This document shows positions 63,040 through 64,000 of a stretch of 64,000 nucleotides of DNA, in pieces. The translations under genes and the position numbers were made by a program. This DNA is from Glaucostegus cemiculus (taxonomy: Eukaryota). The notes under the pieces were generated by a model, which saw nothing but the letters and a program-made list of their open reading frames with translations, searched no databases and had not been told where the DNA came from. The stretch covers positions 4,092,001 to 4,156,000 of the forward strand of contig CDPCPM010000323.1 in NCBI GenBank assembly GCA_976551045.1, written 5' to 3'. The stretch's first letter is position 1. The number at the start of each line of letters is the position of its first letter.

Positions 63040-63547
63040 AAATGCTGCGTTGCCATGAGGACTTTTTCACTATATGTCCTATCTAAAAAAAGCAGAACAG
63101 ATTCCAATTACTGTCCCGTCAGTCTCCCCAATAATCAACAAAGTTATGAAAGAGGTGGTTGAAAATACTATCGAGTGTCAATTGCCCATCTTGCCTTGTC
63201 TTCCACCATGAACACTCAGCTCTAGATCTTATTAAAGTCTTGCTCCAAACATAGACAAAAGTGATGAATTCCAAAAGCAAGGTGACAATGTTAATGTCAA
63301 GGTATTGCACCTGGAACCAATTACTATTCAGGCACACGGGAACACCATTAGCTTCAAGTTCTCTCCAGTTCAGACACAGTCCTAACCTAGAAATGTATTG
63401 TCATTCCTTCATAATGCCTGAATTTAAATCCTTCCTCATATCAGCTGAAGAAGATCAATAAGATGGTTTACCTTCTCAAGAAAAAATTGGGATAGACATT
63501 AAATGCTGGTCTTACCAGTAATACCCATATTCCATCGATGAAAAAAA
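63040..63547 (+). mobile_element. CR1-clade LINE (older family), internally deleted
   Basis: ccaattactgtcccgtcagtctc (NYxPxSL), gctctagatcttatt and the 3' end accttctcaag...taaatgctggtcttaccagtaatacccatattccatcgatgaaaaaaa. Confidence 0.7.
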
Positions 63548-64000
63548 TGCTAGGGTTCCCCAGTATATAAACAGTGTGAACTCTAAAGATACAATCATCT
63601 CACACTGGTCAGTTTTAATCTGCTTTATCAAATAAACCTTTGTCAGTTGGAGTCAAACGCTAATTTTACAGAAATCCACAATCCAACTTTCACGTCCAAT
63701 TCAAACCTGCCTTTTGCTATCATACAATATTTAAAAGCGTCCATGTAGATGGCAGATTTCAGTCCTAATGGTTTCAAAATACTACTGAAAATTTCTGTAA
63801 AGTTCAAAGCATCCAACCTGTCTTCAGATACGTGAATACTGTTGGCTTCAGATGGTTAATTCTTTCAGACTTCTACTTTTGGCTGGTTAATTGGGAACCT
63901 TAGTTGATGAAGACATACACAAACAAGAAATAAATATGCATCTATATAATGTGTAAAATAACCTTGGGACACACTAAAACACTTTACACCAGCTTATTTT

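Noticed and set aside
97-63461. Short ORFs in the six-frame track as host genes
   Set aside because: All are under 190 aa and many start at non-ATG codons. Those with recognisable motifs are CR1, Harbinger or other TE relics, and I see no consistent exon chain.

Overview
AT-rich, non-coding vertebrate DNA. The repeat repertoire (HE1/V-SINE-type tRNA SINEs, Deu-domain SINEs, CR1 LINEs, Rex1/Babar, Penelope-derived ends, Harbinger, Gypsy) points to a cartilaginous fish, probably a ray; this is an inference. I found no intact host protein-coding gene, rRNA, tRNA gene or CRISPR array. The ORFs with recognisable similarity are transposon relics. The most notable signal is a family of about 11 short Penelope-like (PLE) insertions. 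Most are fold-back inverted repeats, some have target-site duplications (TSDs), and several keep a minimal type I hammerhead ribozyme core (stem I-CUGAUGA-stem II-GAAAC-NUH-stem I). One locus holds a tandem pair of these units about 325 nt apart, resembling a retrozyme. Also present: a decayed two-gene Harbinger element (transposase plus Myb/SANT), a 110-bp direct repeat at ~95% identity bracketing a second Harbinger relic, nested TE insertions, and a ~10-kb transposon-poor island (31.1-41.4 kb) with homeodomain-motif clusters that may be conserved enhancers. Family names come from by-eye motif recognition, not database searches. Repeat boundaries are approximate unless exact motifs are quoted.
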